Source: Promethearchaeota archaeon
GTDB taxonomy: Archaea > Asgardarchaeota > Lokiarchaeia > Sigyniarchaeales > SOKP01
DNA length: 64,000 nt
Direction of reading: 5' to 3'
Assembly (NCBI GenBank): GCA_016930515.1
Contig: JAFGGO010000061.1
Coordinates: 1-64,000 of the forward strand
Under the pieces are notes generated by a model. The model did no database searches, had not been told where the DNA came from, and saw only the letters and a list, made by a program, of their open reading frames with translations. Shown here piece by piece: positions 61,662-64,000 of the stretch. Position 1 is the stretch's first letter; each line of letters begins with the position of its first letter. Position numbers and translations under genes: made by a program.

Positions 61662-62003
61662 TTAATAAAATGCGTGAGTGCGTATTAATTCTTCAGAAGG
61701 ATAATACGCATAAGCTTTTAGTTGTTTACCAGATGTAGTAATTACATCAACAACAATTCGATAATACAACTCTCCTTCCATCGAATCAATTCGAGCTAAA
61801 ACCGATTCCGATAGATTGAAATATACTTCTCCGTTAACAGTCATTCCCTTCTTTTTTACGATGAGGGGATATTCCAAAGAGATTGGTTCTATTTTTTCAT
61901 AACCTTGAATTTGACCTCGTTCAAACGGAAGTCCTTTAAGTACACGGTTTCGGCTTTTCCCGCTTTGTAAGGTTCCATATACAAATAAATTATTCATAAA
62001 CAA
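61662..62003 (-). CDS. Gamma-glutamylcyclotransferase / AIG2-like protein
   Basis: LFVYGTL, YP.I, V.GEVY, D..EG..Y.R. Confidence 0.9.
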   Translation of the reverse strand: MFMNNLFVYGTLQSGKSRNRVLKGLPFERGQIQGYEKIEPISLEYPLIVKKKGMTVNGEVYFNLSESVLARIDSMEGELYYRIVVDVITTSGKQLKAYAYYPSEELIRTHAFY

Positions 62004-62286
62004 CCACTATATTTTTTTAATTTCGAGGATTTTTAATTTGAAGTTAAAAACGAAATAATCGTTAAACTATTTTTAGTTACAAAAAGATTAACTACTATTT
62101 AAAGTAGTAAATGTGTATGTTGAGATTTAGCAGTAATACTCATAAATACAGGAATCCTCTCCAATAATAACAAGTATATTTTTATTAGGAAAAAGGCAAG
62201 TCAAATTAGATGGCATACAACAGAACGAAATGTGAAAATGGAAATGATATATCTTAATTCAAACAAGCGCTGAAATTTACCTGCAA

Positions 62287-62547
62287 TTACATAATTTCTG
62301 ATGCATCAGGCTTGATAAACAGTAAGTTATTTCCTCGAATGAAGATTTCGTTGTATTTTGCAACGGGGGAACCGTCCATAATTTCCGTGGCGTCTTCTAA
62401 TATCATATTCATATATGCATCAATTTCCTTCAACATACCCCGATATTCCGTGCCGTCTTTTAATCGGAGTAAAATCTCAGAGTTCTGAGCGTTCTGTAAA
62501 ATGGTTAGGGGATTCTTCAATCTCGGCTGATTTTCGTTTTTAGACAA
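62287..62547 (-). CDS. Sm/Lsm protein
   Basis: Sm1 LKDG.EY.G.L...D.YMN..L and Sm2 FIRGNN. Confidence 0.93.
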   Translation of the reverse strand: MSKNENQPRLKNPLTILQNAQNSEILLRLKDGTEYRGMLKEIDAYMNMILEDATEIMDGSPVAKYNEIFIRGNNLLFIKPDASEIM

Positions 62548-62659
62548 TTTCTTTACCTTTCGAGAATAAATTTAACTTCAATAATAATGTAATAAGATAA
62601 AAATTAGTTTTTAGAATTAAAACTCTTCGGTTTAATCGGAAGGTTTAAAAAAATTTAAA

Positions 62660-63271
62660 TTGCTTTTAAGTTTTGATAGTATCGTGAGAATGGAGCTCGA
62701 CAAGAAGAAAGATATCATCGATAAGTACAACTCGACATCTTATTTTTACGACAAGAGATATTCAAACATTCAACTTGAAAAGTATAAACTCGCTTTAAAC
62801 GACCAATCGTTCTCCAACAAGGTTATATTCGACGCGGGATGCGGTACCGGACTGCTTTGGGAATTAGCACGGGTTTTAGAAGGCAAGCACCAAGATGCAA
62901 CCTATCATTTCGTTGGAAGCGACATTTCTTGGGAAATGCTTAATGTGTTTCTCTTGAAAACAAAAAACCAAGAAATCTGCATTAAGAGGGCGATTCATTT
63001 AGTTCTTTCAGATATGGAAAAACTTCCTTTTAGGGATGAATCTTTCGAAGCTTTTTTTTCCTTCACATCTCTCCAAAATTTACATGATATGAAGCAAGGC
63101 GTGAAAGAGTGCCTAAGAACTTCCGGAACGGGTACTAGAGTTATATTTTCAATATTAAAAAAGAAGAAAGGGTTTAATGATCTGCTCACCCTATTTAAGA
63201 CAAAGATGAATGATTTAGAAATCCTCGATAATCACAATTTAGAAGACGCAATCGTTAGGTTTTATTTGTAA
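62660..63271 (+). CDS. Class I SAM-dependent methyltransferase
   Basis: DAGCGTG, GSDIS..ML, D.E.LPFRDESF. Confidence 0.88.
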   Translation: MLLSFDSIVRMELDKKKDIIDKYNSTSYFYDKRYSNIQLEKYKLALNDQSFSNKVIFDAGCGTGLLWELARVLEGKHQDATYHFVGSDISWEMLNVFLLKTKNQEICIKRAIHLVLSDMEKLPFRDESFEAFFSFTSLQNLHDMKQGVKECLRTSGTGTRVIFSILKKKKGFNDLLTLFKTKMNDLEILDNHNLEDAIVRFYL

Positions 63272-64000
63272 AAAAAGATTTAACGATATCGTCAGGATTA
63301 CTAATAATCCTATACTTTTTTCTAAAAAAATTACACAAATTTTGGATATCCCTTAATAAAAGTAATCGAGCGTTAGGATGATCGCTCGGAACGGATTGTA
63401 ACCAATCAATGATCAGGATGTTCCCCTGTTGATCGAGAACGATGTTAAATTCTCCTAAATCTCCGTGAATTAGGTTTCCTTTTTGATAAATATGCTTTAT
63501 CTGGGAAATAATCTTATCAAATATATAACGAGGATCGTCAATATCGCTATAATACACTAATTCCTTACCGCGCAAATATTCCATAACAACCGCGTGCCTG
63601 TTGTATCCAATTGGTTTGGGCGTGTTAAGATTTAATTCATAAATGCTCCTAAGAGCTTCGTATTCTTTTTTTGCAGCAAGACGATTAACATAGAGCCAGG
63701 ACATGTGAGTTCTTTCTCCAATCAAATCTCGTAATTTTTTTATGTTTTTGAAACTCGTGCGCCCCATACGGTACAACTTCAAGGCAAAAATGTTTTCTTT
63801 ATCGTCCATGCAACTGAATACATCGGATTCTTTTCCCTTTCCAATGAGCGGACCTAATTGTGCGATTGTACCTTTTTCGACCAACGCGCGTAATGCAAGG
63901 AGGTCATAAGCTTTTGAATTAAGGGTATATCCGAGATCGTGTTTTGACGAATTACGTATTATAAGATCGTATTTATGTACCCTGTTTAATCGATATAATG
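63255..64000 (-). CDS. rio2: RIO2 kinase (5' end outside window)
   Basis: GKGKESDV, GRTSF, A.KEY.AL, IHGDL.EFN, IDW.Q; frame continues to the window edge (GYTLNSKAYDLLAL). Confidence 0.93.
   Translation of the reverse strand, partial: LYRLNRVHKYDLIIRNSSKHDLGYTLNSKAYDLLALRALVEKGTIAQLGPLIGKGKESDVFSCMDDKENIFALKLYRMGRTSFKNIKKLRDLIGERTHMSWLYVNRLAAKKEYEALRSIYELNLNTPKPIGYNRHAVVMEYLRGKELVYYSDIDDPRYIFDKIISQIKHIYQKGNLIHGDLGEFNIVLDQQGNILIIDWLQSVPSDHPNARLLLLRDIQNLCNFFRKKYRIISNPDDIVKSFFTNKT

Noticed and set aside
1-64000. Many short antisense ORFs in the track; rRNA, tRNA, IS elements
   Set aside because: Short ORFs are shadows of well-supported genes; no RNA-gene or transposase signature recognised by eye (tRNAscan/Infernal not run)

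Overview
AT-rich archaeal chromosomal window. Gene content points to an Asgard archaeon, most likely Lokiarchaeia/Promethearchaeota (inference): archaeal RpoD-eL18-uL13-uS9, thermosome, Sm protein, RIO2, several roadblock/small-GTPase proteins and the Loki-type 'EFWGHCSNLQAW' family. About 1.8-14.4 kb is a disturbed accessory region. It holds 5'-truncated gene pieces repeatedly fused head-to-head, duplicated gene 3' ends bracketing intact single cargo genes, a GC-rich ibrAB-like pair and LRR / large-protein C-terminal fragments. About 14.6-64 kb is mostly core genome: an hdrA(x2)-mvhD/hdrC/hdrB/metV/metF operon, a GTPase-vWA/RING-roadblock/Rab cluster, PEPCK, TrpRS, a Rag-like GTPase, an orphan C5-cytosine methyltransferase next to a MIG-like glycosylase, glyA, aroA/aroC and RACo. 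It also has a Clp1/Grc3 kinase followed by a circularly permuted ATP-grasp ligase overlapping an M14 peptidase (candidate peptide-tag writer/eraser system). I recognised no rRNA, tRNA, CRISPR array, integrase or transposase. All calls are by motif recognition; no searches were run.
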